Positions 35,362 to 48,700 of a stretch of DNA of 64,000 nucleotides are shown piece by piece. Position 1 is the stretch's first letter. Every line of letters begins with the position of its first letter. The position numbers and the translations under genes were made by a program. The notes beneath the pieces were generated by a model that saw only the letters and a program-made list of their open reading frames with translations, made no database searches and was not told where the DNA came from. This DNA is from Hyphochytrium catenoides (lineage: Eukaryota > Protista > Hyphochytriomycota), in the NCBI GenBank assembly GCA_900088475.1, contig FLMG01004130.1:1-64000 (forward strand), given 5' to 3'.

Positions 35362-36782
35362 GGGGGAGGGGGGGGAGAAAGAGAAAGAGTGAGGGAGAGA
35401 AAGTAAAGAACAAAAGGGAGAGAGAGAGACAGAGAGACAGAGAGAAATAGGTAAAGGAGAAGAGAGTCAGTCAAGGAAAAAGAGGGAAAGATAAAGGATT
35501 AAAGGAACTACATATAGAACCTTGGTATTCATGAGCCTGTGGGCCGGAGCACAAGGAGAATGACAGTCAAGGGAAATGAGTCTCTCTCACCTTGTCCGAG
35601 AGTAAGACTCGCTTGAAGAAGCTCACTAGTCTGTCGCTGGCCTTCTCCCCCTGCACTCTATAGGCCTCTCCCTCTCTTAGCGCCATGCGCACTAGTACCT
35701 CGACGAACTCTCGGAAGCTCAGCAGACTGCTTTCGCTGATATCAGTCCTCTCCACGGGGAATAGGTCTATTAGCGTGTCATAAGGAGGAATCTCTCCATG
35801 CTCGCGCCGTTCGGCGTTGCGCTTCAGCTTCAGAGTCCGCACGGCTTCACCTTGAGCACGGCGAGACGAAAGGAGAATGTCTCTGACGGTGGCAAGAGTC
35901 AGGCTAGGGGATAGTAGGTTTCTCTCTTTCAGGAGAGAGAAGAGACCTTTCACCTTCAGTTGAGAGGAGAGATCATTGGGCTGCCCGAGGACAGGTAGCA
36001 GCCTGTTACTCGACATATACCGTGAATAGACTGCTCTCAAATCAGTGATAAGACGGAGAACGATGGTGTCAATGTCTGACAAGTCTCTCCCGGTCAGCTG
36101 GACCGTCGAGCTAGGTTGAGAGAAGTCGGAGAGGAAGAGAACGAGAGATGGTCGGACAGATACGTCCTTGCCTTTCCTTTCCTTTTTCTCGTCATCTCTC
36201 TCCTTCGGGCTGTTATCCTCAACGAAAAGTCCTTCTGTCATATGTCCTCCTTCATCTATGTAGACGCCCCAGCCATGCTTCTTGTCTTCTTGGAAATCTC
36301 CCTGGTAGATCGCGCCAGAGCTGTACCAAAACGTGCCAAAGCCGTGTCTCTTCCCCTTGACAAACTGGCCGCTGTAGCGATTGCTTCTCTGCCATTCTAC
36401 TCCGTCCACCTCTTGCGGAGAGTCTTCCAGCCAGTGTTGGGTCCCGAGCCCTTGCTGGAGAAGGGAGAGGCAGGAAGAAAGAGAAAGAGAGAACAAGAGA
36501 GAAGAGAGTCGAGAATTCAGAAAAGAAGCAAGAGAGAAAAACAGGGTCAGTAGAAGAACACATTGCTCTGTACTAAGAACCATGCGACAAGGTTTTAAGA
36601 TCAGCAACGCGGAAGAGGAAGTTTGACAGCGACCAAATAGAAGAAAGACTACTTCTTCTCATAGAAAGCGCTTCCAAGAAAAGCTATGGCGTAGAAGATG
36701 AAGACCAAGAGACAGGGAAAGAAAGAGAAGCAGAGAAAGGCACACATATGCATACACAGAGCGAGAGAAGAAAGAGAGAGCG

Positions 36783-36816
<34 letters not shown>

Positions 36817-36826
36817 AAAAGAAGGA

Positions 36827-36862
<36 letters not shown>

Positions 36863-37859
36863 AGTAGAATCAAGAACGGAGGAGCGCTCTGTACCTGGAC
36901 GTCATTCTCCCATTGTCCTTCATACACAGTCATAGCCTCAAACCACTGCATTGTCCCCTGTCCGTGTCGCTTGCCTTCCTTCCTGCCATCAGATTCCCTT
37001 AGCTGACAAATCCCAACAATGCTAGGTTTCTCTCCTTCGGTCCATGCCTCTCCTCCTGGATTTGTACACCTTCTACCTACTCTCCATGCCGTCTCTGTCT
37101 CTAAAAATTTTCATGTACGTCGCTCTTTCCTTATACTCTCTCTCTCCTTCGTCCTCTTATATATATAGCTCTGTCAATCTCTCTCTCTCCCTTCTTTCAT
37201 TTCTCTCTCTCTCTCTCTCTCTGTCTGTTGCTTCCCATCTCAACCTTTCCTGAGTATAGATATCTCTGCCCTCAGCTACTACCTCTGCTTTTCCCTTACC
37301 ACTCTCCCTCGTAACAGCCGCCGTTGTACCGCATGATTCCGCTCCCGTGGCGTTGGTTCCCCTTCCATGCTCCGGCATAAAGCACTTCCCCCATGGGAGT
37401 GAAGCTCTTTCCTTCTCCTTCTCTCTTTCCTTCTCTCCACTCTCCCTCATAGAGCTTCTTCCCGTTAGAAGAGTGATAGACGCCCTTCCCATGCCTTAGA
37501 CCGTCTTTCATCTCTCCCTCGTAGAAAGAACCGTCAGGCCAATGGAGCTTCCCTCTACCGGTGACAGCACCTTCACTGAAGTCTCCTTCATATGTTGTCC
37601 CATCTTTCCATTGGAGCTTGCCTTTTTTCTGCCTCCACTGGTTCTCTAGATAACCTTGGAAGGTGCTCCCGTTGCAATAGCACAGAACAGACTCTGGAAG
37701 CTTCCCTGCGGTCTCTGTCTTGAGCTCCTGCCTCCAGAGGAGAATGGCGCTGTGGATCGTGGCCTCTGGAGGCTCCGAAGAGACAAATGAAGCAGACTGC
37801 AGCTTCTCTGACTCTGCCTCCACTGCCATTGGCGTCGTGTCTCCTTCTTCAAGCGCCAT
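34513..37859 (-). CDS. MORN-repeat protein, radial spoke head 10B-like, multi-exon
   Basis: About 10 MORN repeats (YEGDFSEGAVTGRGKLHWPDGSFYEGEMKDGLRHGKG...), then LRAVYSRY...LLSFREFVEVLVRMA and a final exon EVLYDDFEELLVRL...LLPQLCS*. The architecture is like RSPH10B. Confidence 0.75.
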
Positions 37860-38267
37860 TGCTCTCTTGGCTATACTGTTACCTCTCTGCTGCTACGTCC
37901 CATGGCCGCCCTGAGTCTCTTAGAAAGTGGGAAGTGAGACGAAAGGAACTTGCTTTCTGAAGCCTTGAAGACGTACACAGGCGGTGGGGCCTCGCGCAGA
38001 CAGCCTTATGGGGCTAAGGAGAGCCGATATTAAGCCTTTATCCAATGCTGCGAAAGGGAAAGAGACAAAAGAGCAAGGTCAAAGAGGAGTAAGGGGAGAG
38101 GCAGGGATGAGAGACTAGAGTCAAGAGAGCCAGAGAGGATTGAGGAGGGCAAAAGAGAGGATGAGAGAGAGAAACGGGAGACAACGAGAGAGCGCGAGCG
38201 AGCGTAGAGAGAATGAGGAAGCGAGGAAGAAACGAGTACGACGAGTACGACAGGATCATGCTGGAAG

Positions 38268-38269
<2 letters not shown>

Positions 38270-38318
<49 letters not shown>

Positions 38319-38850
38319 AGAAGAGAAAGAGGAGAGAAAGAACCAGAGAACGAGAACTCGAGAGGAAACTATCAGATTATCTCTATCTCATTTCATAGCT
38401 ATCTTCTAACGATGTGTTGCTTTTAGAGATAACACGTGTTTCACTGCTTCCCTAGGTTAAAAGCTATGTTGATAAAATCTGATGAGATAGTGGGTTTGCC
38501 GACAAGGTGTGTCTGACGATGGGAGGCAAACAGGAATAACGGATGCGTGTCCGAGGGGAGGTCTGAACGAAAAGGCGGAGCCTCAGTTGTATCGCTCGAT
38601 CTGATCGAGCCCAGAGGGACCGAAAGGCAAGCGGCTCTCTCTCTCTCTCTCTNNNNNNNNNNNNNNNNNNNNNNNNNNNNNNNNNNNNNNNNNNNNNNNN
38701 NNNNNNNCTCGCTCGCTCTCTCTCTCGCTCTCTCTCTCGCTCTCGCTCTCTCTCTCGCTCTCTCGCTCTCTCTCTCGCTCTCTCGCTCTCTCGCTCTCTC
38801 TCTCTCGCCCTCTCTCTCTCGCCCTCTCTCTCTCTCTTTCTTTCTCTCTC
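38270..38850. repeat. (GA)n tract (38270-38340) and (CT)/(CTCGCT)n tract (38633-38850) in the divergent intergenic region
   Basis: Direct inspection; includes the N gap 38653-38707. Confidence 0.9.
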
Positions 38851-39346
38851 TAGCTCGCTCGCTCGCACTTCTTCGTCTCTTGCTGTTGTTCCTGTCTCTG
38901 TGTTGCTAATAAGCCGACTTTTCTGCAAAGTCATCGCTACGTCCCGCAGCCTGAAGGCTATGGTTGGGCGAGAGTCAGAATAAGAGAGAGGCCCACCAAA
39001 AGTCTTCTCCTTTAAGCCTTTGAGCAGAGCAGCTGCTCGTCCTGGTTGACTAGAGTTCTATCGAGAGTGCAAGGAAAGAGAGAGACTAGGGAGAAACAGA
39101 GAGAGATATTGAACAGAGACGGCGGGAGGCTAGTCCGGGGCCCAATGGCAAAAGGTGATGTCAAGCAAAGGCCTCACGGCTGAGCCTCCTGAGTGAGAGG
39201 AGCACAGGGAGAAGTTACACCAGATCCGCCTCTCCCACGAACTGTCAGCGCTAGAGGAGGAAGCAGAGGGGCAAAGCAGCAGCAGGAGCCCGGCCCAAAC
39301 AGAGCTAGGGCGAACAGAGTGAGAGAGAGAGAGAGATTTAGAAAGG

Positions 39347-42300
39347 ATGAAGTCTCTCTTCAAGATTGACAGCGCTTATCACAGCTGGGGAGATGTCATC
39401 CTCGCCTGGCAGCCTCAAGGTAACTACCTGGCCACAGCTGGCCGCAACTGCATCGTCCACATCTTTGGCCGAGTAGGCGATGCAGTGGATGAGATCGCCG
39501 TTGAGCAGTCTGGGCCAGTGCTAGCGTTAGAATGGGACGCCGAGGGGTCGTCCTTGGCCATCCTGCAGCAAGGTAGCGGCGTGATTAAGATCTGGGAGAG
39601 CGCAGGACGGAGTGTAACAGATCTGGAGACGAATCTTAAGGATCCAACCTTCATCCGCTGGTCCATCCGCGGCCTGCTACTGGCCATTGGGACGGCCAAG
39701 GGCAACCTTCTCATCTATAATCATAAGAACCGGAAGAAGATCCCCATCATGGGCAAGCATCCTAAGAAGATAACCGGAGGCGCCTGGACGCCCAACAACC
39801 AGCTTGTCCTCGTCTCTGAGGACCGAACGCTGACGCTGAGCAATGCTGAGGGATCCACGCTCCATCAGACCCTCCTGGAGCAGATCCCGCTTGATGTTCG
39901 ATGTGGAGCCTACACGATCGGTCAGGACGGAAAATCGACAACGGATTGCTTGGTGGCTATTAACCTAGGCCGGAAGTCCGTGTTTCTCTTCGAGCCAGCG
40001 AACATTGATAACTCGGTGGAGCTGGCGTTCAATGACGGCTACGGGCACATCATAGATCACCGCTGGTTTGGCGATGGGCAGCTGCTGGTTGCGTTCTCTC
40101 TGGGATACATCGTAGCAGCCTCTACGAAGCCTAATGAGATAGGACAAGAGAGGTTCTCCGGCCAGTTCTTTGCTTTGAAGCTCATCCGCATCGCTTTCTC
40201 AGCTGTCGCTAACAGGCTTGCAATCTATGGAGACTCCGGGATCAAGATTGTCGACATCACGGACTGGAAAGAGAGACAATCGGACGGGATCTCCATGAAA
40301 GAAAACGAGGAGAATGAGCTCTGTCTCTTGGAATACTCTCACGACGGACAGATATTCTCTGTCGCCAGCACGCATGGTATCGTTCAGAACTATCTGGCCT
40401 CGATGCCCAGCATCACTGCTTGCTATATGAAGACCATGGCCCTGCTGTCCTCCCTGAAGGAAGTCTCGGTACTGGATGCAGTCGAGCATGGCGTTCTCTA
40501 CTCTGTCACAGTCGACATAGAGCCAGCTTTCATCGCCCTTGGGCCCAAGCACGTCGCGGTAGGGATGAACAATCGCGTGTGGTTCTACCGCTTGACGGGG
40601 AAGAAAGGCGAGCTCATCAATGAACAAGAATATATGGGAAATGTGTCAGAGGTGCGCCTGAGCGCCGAGTGGGCCGCTGTGGCTTGTGAAGGGAAGATAA
40701 CGCTGCATCCAATAGAAAGACAGGCAAAGCTAGAACAGCAGAGGAAGGTTCTCCCCGACAGGGAAGAGGTGACAGCTACCTCGCTTGCCCTCGTCAATGA
40801 CTTTCTCATCTTTGGCACCAATCGCGGCATCATAGAGTACTTCTCTCTCGCTGACTGGGCCTCTCTACCGAGTTGTGAGCTCAGACACGGAGAACCCATC
40901 CGCTCTATCTTTCCCAACCACATCGGCACTCGCGTTTGCTTCATTGACACGACGGGTCACGGATTTCTCTATAACCCGATAACAGCTCAAACGGTAGAGA
41001 TTCCAGACTTCTCTCGCACTTTCACGCTGCTTCTTTGGGACCATGCCGCACCGAACATCTTCGCTGCCGCCTCTAAAGATGAGTTCGCGCTGTACATGTG
41101 CGCTCCGACAATAAGAGGCACACAGGTGATAAGGCTAGGAGAGATGACGGTGGAAGACAGTGGAGACGTGAAGGTGGATGCTCTGGCTACTAAGCTAGAG
41201 GGCGGCGGGACGCCAATGCTGCTTAACAATGGCACCCTGACCTGCCATAAGTCTGACTCTTCGCTCCTCATTGCTCCTTCGGTCACTCATGTGCACCTAG
41301 AAGTTCAAGGCAAGCTCAGCGAGGAGAAACAGCTTCAAGCCTTTGGACAGAACCTTCACCTTCTGCAATGGGAGAAATGCTGGGATCTGGCTCTCTCCCT
41401 CAAGAACAGGGGTCTCTGGCTCGCTCTCGGAGACCAGGCAATGCATCATCTTGACCTGGATATTGCTATTAGAGTCTATAGACACCTGGCCGATGCGGGG
41501 ATGGTCTTTGCTCTTGAGAAGATTGCACAGTTGGAAGAGAAGAACCTCGTGGCCGGTCACATGGCCGTTCTCTTTGACAATTACTCTCTGGCTCAAGATC
41601 TCTTCCTACAGTCTACCAAGCCAATAACGGCGTTGAAGATGAGGAGAGACCTCATGCACTGGGACCAAGCGCTGAAGCTAGCACGCACCCTCGCGCCCCA
41701 AATGATCCCGGAGCTCTCAGTAGAGTATGCCCAACAACTAGAGTTCAAGGGAGATTACCAGCTAGGTCTTAGAATGTACGAGAACGGTGCTGCAGGGATA
41801 GACAACGACACAGGGGAGGCTCTAGGCCTCACAGAGCAGCAGAAGAACCTCTGCACTGCAGGAATAGCCCGCTGCAGTATCCGTCTGGGAGATGTAAGAA
41901 GAGGGTTCTCTGTCGCCGCTGAGAGTAAGAACAAACCTCTTTGCAAAGAGTGCGGGGTGATCCTTGAGAGTATGAAGCAGTACCAAGAAGCGGCAGCAAT
42001 GTTTGAGCTTGCAGGGGAGACAGAGAAGGCTGCCGCGCTGTACATCCAGCTCAAGAACATTGCAAAAGCCGCTCCTCTGATGGAAAGCATCACGACGCCC
42101 CGCCTGCAGGTGCAGTTTGCCCGCTTAAGAGAAAATGCAGGGGATTATAAGGCTGCGGCGCGGTCGTATGAGCTCGCGAAGGATGTGGAGAACGTCGTCA
42201 GATTGCTGCTGGAGCACCTCAATGATCCCATCAGAGCCTGCCAGATAGTGCAGGAAACACGGAGTAGTGAGGGTGCGAAGCTTGTGGTCTCTCATTGTAA

Positions 42301-45189
42301 GGCGCAGAAAGACTTCAAGGGCGCTATCAAGTTCTTGTTGCTGTCCAAGCAGACAGAAGAGGCCTTCACGCTGGCACAGACCCATAATGAGATGGAGAGC
42401 TTTGCGCAGGTACTCATGGACTTTCTTCCTCTCATCTCTCGCTCTTTTCTCCAAGATTTTTGGACTCTATCTCAAAGGCGTTCTGCCTGCTCTCAGCTCG
42501 TTAACCTTGGCCTTTTCCTTGCTCCTGAAGCGTTCTTCTCTCTGTCCAAGTTGAGATGGAGGCTGGTAGCCTCAGTCTTAATCTTTCTCGTCCTAGTGGT
42601 AACTCAGAGACACTCCTTCTCGCGCTTCGAGCCTGGCCCGACCTTCTACTCCTTCAGACCCAATATCTCCACCATGGCTTTTGTCTCTTGTTTGGCTTCT
42701 GCTGACCCTCTTGTCCGCTGGAACCCATCATTTTATTCCTGTCTCTCTCTCTTCCGGAACGACAATCGATCTGTCCAGTTCTTGGGCGATGCGATCACGC
42801 CTGAGCAAGCGTTGAAAGTGGCTTATCACTTTGAGCAACATCAGATCTTTGCAAAGGCGGCAGACTTCTATGCGATATGCGGCCAGTACTCGAAGGCTCT
42901 GAAGCTCTACCTGCAGTGCGGCGACAAGGAGATGAACAAAGCGATCGACGTCGTCGGGAAGGCGCGACAAGACATCTTGACCCACACTTTGGTGGACTAT
43001 CTCATGGGAGAAGTTGACGGGATCCCGAAGGATCCACATTATATCTTCAGACTCTACATGGTGAGTGCGCCAACGGGTTAGCTCTCTCTCTCTCTTGTGT
43101 CTGCACGGCACACATGTCTTCTCATTTTCCTGACCCTTTTTCTTCAAGTCTTTCCCTGTTTGACGCGGCTGTGGTCTCCTCTTCCAGGCCCTCGGAAACC
43201 ATTCTCAGGCCGCCAAGACTGCGATAATCATCTCAAAGCAAGAGCAAGAGCTTGGGAACTACAAGGCAAGGAGTAGCTCCCCATCGATGAGTTAGCTTCA
43301 TCGTCCTACCTTCTCTGTGTCGGGCACTAATCTCTCACTATACGTCAAAAGCTATTGGGCTCTAATCTGCCAGGACCTTGCACTCTTATTGTCCCTCTGT
43401 TATTGTGGTACGGGGCACTGTCAACGACTGATCTGCGCTGCTTCCCCCTCTCACGTCCACACATTTTGACCTGTGACCGCTTCTTTAGCTAACTAGTGGC
43501 ATCCTTCTCTCAGGCCGCGCACTACATTCTTTATGAGACACACAAAGAGCTCCTTGCGCACAATCTTAAAGTGCCTCAAGTCCTAAGAAAGTCTCTGACT
43601 CTTCTGCACTCGTACGTGCTGGTGAAGAAGCTGGTGAAGGCTGAAGACCACGTACAGGCTGCGCGGCTCCTGTGCCGAGTGGCGCATAATATTAGCAAGT
43701 TCCCTCAGCACGTGGTTCCTATCCTTACCTCAGCCGTCATTGAGTGCCAGAGAGCAGGTTTAAAGAGTAAGGCCTATGAGTTCGCGCTGTTGCTGATGAG
43801 GCCAGAGCATAGACCGAAGGTGAGGGTCAGACATGCTGCATCTTTTCTCTCCTTTTGCCTCTCTCTTTTTCTCTTTTCTCTCACTCTAGCTCTTGTCTCT
43901 CTTGCCAGTCGTGCTCTGACTTTCTTCTCTGTGCCGTTTGGGGCACAGAGCTAGTCCACTTCTCTAAGGAGCTGCTCTCTGTGTATAGCAGATCCTTATT
44001 TTCCTTCTTCATTTCCACGACCTCGTTTCTCAGTATCTCTCTTACTGGCCTGCTTACCTTCCCTTTCACTTGTGACCCTCAGATTGATGCCAAGTACAAG
44101 CGGAAGATAGAGGCAATGGTCCGGCGGCCAGCGCGAGGAGAGGACACGGAAGAGTCGATGAGCCCCTGTCCGTATTGCGGCGCCAGCATTCCTCAGAACG
44201 ACTTGGACTGTTCAAACTGCAAGAACAGCCTTCCCTTCTGCATAGTCACGGTAAGTCGTGAGGCAGGACAGAAAGCTTGCGAGGGAGTGGTACACAGAGA
44301 GAGAGAGAGGGGGCCGAAGCAGACAGAGAGAGAGACAGAAAGAAACTCAGAGGCAGAGAGGACTGAGAGATAGAGAAAGAGAGAGCAAACAGAAAGGAAG
44401 AAATAGAGAGGGAGGGAGGGGGACGGAGGAGGTGAGAGAAGAGAGAGGGAGAGACAGGGGTGGGGGTGAAATGGGAAACAGAGAGGGAACCGAACAAGCG
44501 GACAGAAAGGAGAGAGAGGAACGTGTGAGATGTAGCCAAGCAAAGGAGGGATAGAGTCGCTGCTCAGATACAATGTGTGGCTCTCTGGGTATACAGTCAC
44601 CGCCGCGAAGCGGTTTCCGCTAGTGGCCTGAACTATTCACTGCAAGGCAGAACTCAAACGGATTCATCTCTAAGGATGTCTGTCTTCTCTCTCCTTTCTG
44701 CTCTCAGGGCCAGCACATGGTGCGGGACGATTGGTCTTGCTGTCCGAACTGCACCTTTCCCGCCATCTATTCAGCTCTAGTGAACTATGTGAAGGTCGAT
44801 CCTGGTATGCCGCTGCCTTCCTCAAACTCCAAGCTTCCTCCTAGGTCCTTGTCCTGCTCTCAGTCAAGAGTCAGTACATTGGGCGTTTACTTCTTCCACT
44901 CTTCCCTCTCTCTCGTTTCTCCTTTCCAACTCTATGTTCTCCTTTCTCCTTAGTAGACTTCTATCTTCTACTGCCCCGTCGGTTGATTTGGCCTCACATG
45001 TCCTGCCTGATCCCTCTATCCTCTGCGTGCTGGGGCTAAACTCTCCTTTCAGTGTGTCCTTTGTGCGAGAAGGCTGTCAACCCTGAGTTCATCAAGAAGA
45101 TTGATGATCCGACCCAGTATCTCAGCGGCAGCAAGGAGAAAGACGAACCCGACCCCAAGGATGAGGAGGTGCCAGAGGCTAGCTCCTAA
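39347..45189 (+). CDS. IFT144: Intraflagellar transport protein IFT144/WDR19
   Basis: 3.06-kb first exon with WD40s (LAIGTAKGNLLIYN...KIPIMGKHPKKIT; LGPKHVAVGMNNRVWFY) and TPR-like repeats (MRRDLMHWDQALKLA). Later exons give LVDYLMGEVDGIPKDPHYIFRLYM, EQELGNYK|AAH, ISKFPQHVVPILTSAVIECQRAGLK, CPYC...C..CKNSLPFCIVTG and WSCCPNCTFPA...CPLC. Stop TAA 45187-45189. Confidence 0.97.
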
Positions 45190-45788
45190 CAAATCGCTTC
45201 CGTCTCTCCCTCCCTCCCTAACCTTAATATTATAATGCACAAATGCTGCTCCTCTGTTTCATGGGTAAAACGATAGAGGTGTGTCTCTCACTTGGTCAAA
45301 GCTATGCCGCTCATCCCTCCAGACCAGCTTCCCTTGCTAAGCTTTCTAGACAAACCCGTTGTCCTAGACCGCTCTCAGATGGCTTGAGGAGCTTTCTGCT
45401 CGCCTGCTCGGTCGGGGCATAGAGTAGCGTCTCTCTCTCTCTTTCTCTCCCCACGTTTTTCTCTCTCCGCTGACTTATAAGCATGGGGCGATGGAGGAGA
45501 AAAGGGATTGACATGCCTCGTGACGGGCTCCAAGATGACTGGGTTAACCTTCCTTACCGTGCCCTCAGCGGCCCCACATCTTCTATGGGATCTACCTCTC
45601 ATGTCTTCTATTTATCTAGTCTCTCTCTACCACTCCATTTCCAAACTAACCGCGGATGTCTTTCTCTCCTACACGTGTCCCAACGGCGCTATCTGTCGCC
45701 TCCGAGTCTCGATTGCCCAGAGGTGCATCTTAGTGGGCAAAATAAATAAGGAATAAGTTAAGAGAAGGGCCAGAGCTGAATCTGACCC

Positions 45789-48700
45789 TTAGGCCATCAC
45801 GGGCAATGCTTCGTCTTGCCCCGTCCCTCCTTGCTGGACGATAAGCCGTTGTAGGGAAGAAGCAACCCGTCGCATCGCCCGGATCTGCGAAAGAGGATCC
45901 TGCACCTCTGATGTACGCTTCAGCTCCTGAAATTGAAAAGCCACCAGAAGGAGGATGAGTGTTAGGCGTCTTCCAAGGTATGTGGAGAGAGTCTGAGGAT
46001 TGGATTGGAAACGGACAAACAAAAAAAGTAGTTGGGTAAGCGAGAAATGCTATCAATGGGCCGGAGAGTACGCAGGAGATGGGCGAGAGAGAGAGGAAAA
46101 GGCCTCGAAAGCGTGAGACGCTAACCTCTGAGAGCTGCTTTATCTGGCCCGGGACATCCCAAAGGAAGAAAGAGGTCAAATCCATAGAAGCCATATCAAG
46201 CTCCTGAAGCACTTGACCAGCACTGGGCCTGGCATTGTAGCGGAGAAGAGAGGAGAGGAGAAGGCATAGACGCTACTAAGTCACGTTTTAAAGCTGTAGA
46301 AAGGACATATAACGAGCAGAAGTATTCTGTAGATGCTCTGGGGCTTCAAGGTGGGCATCGGGAAACAGAGCAACTGCAAGATTAGCAGATAAAATGTGGA
46401 TTCCTTACCGATCTAGCGGGTCCGGCGCGCTCATACTCAGCATCAGAGCCGTCTCCGCAGGATATCGACGACTGAGCTTCTGTGGGATAATTCCATGCCT
46501 GCAGTGCCAAGAGCTGAGCGCTTAGCGAAAAAATTCGGGAGGCAATGGAGATGCAAGGAGGCAGAAACTGACGAACTTGGTAGTGTTGAGGGAAAAGAGT
46601 AGGCGATAGAGAGACAGCTTTGGCACTGCATAGCAAGAGGGAAGAGACACTGACCTTACTCCCATTAAGACCTGGACTCTCTCCATCATAGTGGTGAAAG
46701 GACAACAGAGCTCCAGGAGAATCACGCCTAACGCAAAGATGTCCGACTACCGAGCCCATGATGCCATAGAAGAGCAGTGTGAGAGACTGGTAGGGAGTGC
46801 TAACTGCGAAAACTAGCCTAATAATGAGATGAATGGAGAAGATTTATAGGATAAAGAAGGAGGAAGCAAGGAGCGAAAGCAAAACGCAATGAAAGATTAT
46901 TGTCCCACCTTCTGCGCAAACTCGACTGGGTCCAGCACTACTCTTGGCCTTTTTCTGCTTCCCAGTTGCTCAGGAGAAGCGTATAAGTACGTTCCTAGCT
47001 CTGTTGTCTGTGTCGTGGCTGGGGGCGAAGGGTCCTCTCCTTCCTTCCCTGAAGCCTTCGGGCCTAGAGCCACAGAGGACGATACCTCATTAAGATCTTT
47101 GGCCAAGCCAAAATCACCAATGATTGCCCTGTTGCCCTGCGATGATCGTACCAGAGGATATGTTAAAAAACAGAGAAGACAAGGTAGTAGGGAGGAGGAT
47201 TGGACGAAGCACGAACGAAGACATTAGCAGATAAGAAGAGAGCAAGGGCTGAACAAGGAGTGAGCAAGGACGGCCAGCGCCTGCCAGTCACAAGAGAAAA
47301 GAGGGAATCCTAGCAGCGCTTCCATATCTTTAAACGGTACCTGAAGGAAGACATTATCTGGCTTCAAATCCCGGTGTACTATCCCCGCGCCATGGATGTG
47401 ATGCACACCTAAATTGGACAGTCACGAGTATCAGCTACGCCGAACAGAAGCACGTGGAGATCCAAGGCGTACATGTAGGCGAGAAGCCGGCACGCAGAGA
47501 ACAAGGTCCAGGGCGACCGGGAAAGAATTTCTTTACACCTCAGACAAGGGAAAAAAGCGAAGACAAAGGACTAGAAAGAGGGGGTTGACGAGCAAGGGTG
47601 AAGGAGAGAATGGATGGCTCGTTTCAAAAACCGTAAAGAGTCACACCTTGACAGATTTGTCTGAATAGCGCCATGGCTTCTGAATGCGTCTCTTGCTGGA
47701 AATGCTCCTCTCTCCCTCTCGCGGTATTCCAGCGTCCAAGGTGCGAGGTCAGAGTGATGTCAACGTCGTGCTTGGGATCCTGCACTAGCTCCATTTGCAC
47801 GAACAGTCTCAGATTCTCTCCTGCCAAATGACTCTGCTTTTCCATCCCTTCCCTAGTGCTCTCTCTTGCGGCAATTGAGGCAGACGATGTGGCCCTGGAG
47901 CTCTCGTTGACCGAATACTGGGCAGGAGTGTATGAAGATTGGGACGAAGAGACAGAGAGCAACGTTCTCCCACTCCTGACCTCATCTTCAGTGAGAAGGA
48001 GAGATGAGGAAGAGGTCGAAGAAGGGAGAGACGAGAGAGCCGGGTATGCTGGGTCCTTCTCAATCCAAGCTGCGTGATATCTCAGTATATTGCGGTGCGG
48101 AGGGATGCGAGCCATGGCCTGAACCTCTCTTAGCACCTTCGGAAGCCATTCGGCGGTTGCGTTCGAGGCGAGGACGATGTACAATGACACCGACAAATGA
48201 GATGGAGGAATGACGTGCGAGGAGAAAAAGAAATGGAGGGAGAAAGAGAGGCAAAGACCCGAGAGAGAAAAGAGAGAGAGAAGATCGTCAGATTCTACAA
48301 GGAAGGAAAGGGAGAAAGACCATGAAAATCGAAGAAGCAGATGTAGCTCGAAGGGTCACCTTTTTGAGTCCTGCAGCAAGCGACTTGTTCGACGATCTGT
48401 GACTGTTGTTGCAGGGGATAATCACTTTCTTCATCGCGTAGGACTGGCCATCCCAGCGGTTGACAGCTTCAAATACCTTGCCTTGTCCTCCGGATCCTGT
48501 CAAACAACGAATAAGGTATAGCAGACGAGAGGACGAATGAGCGGCAAGGGCAGGACAGAGGTTACAAAAGTATTGCGTCATGACAAAAGGCTCATTTTAG
48601 ACGTGAGAGGGCACCGACTCATAGCATTGGAAGGCGAGAGAGACGGAGAAAGAAGAGAGATAGACCCAACGCAAAAGATCTAGAGACAGAGCGCAGAGAT

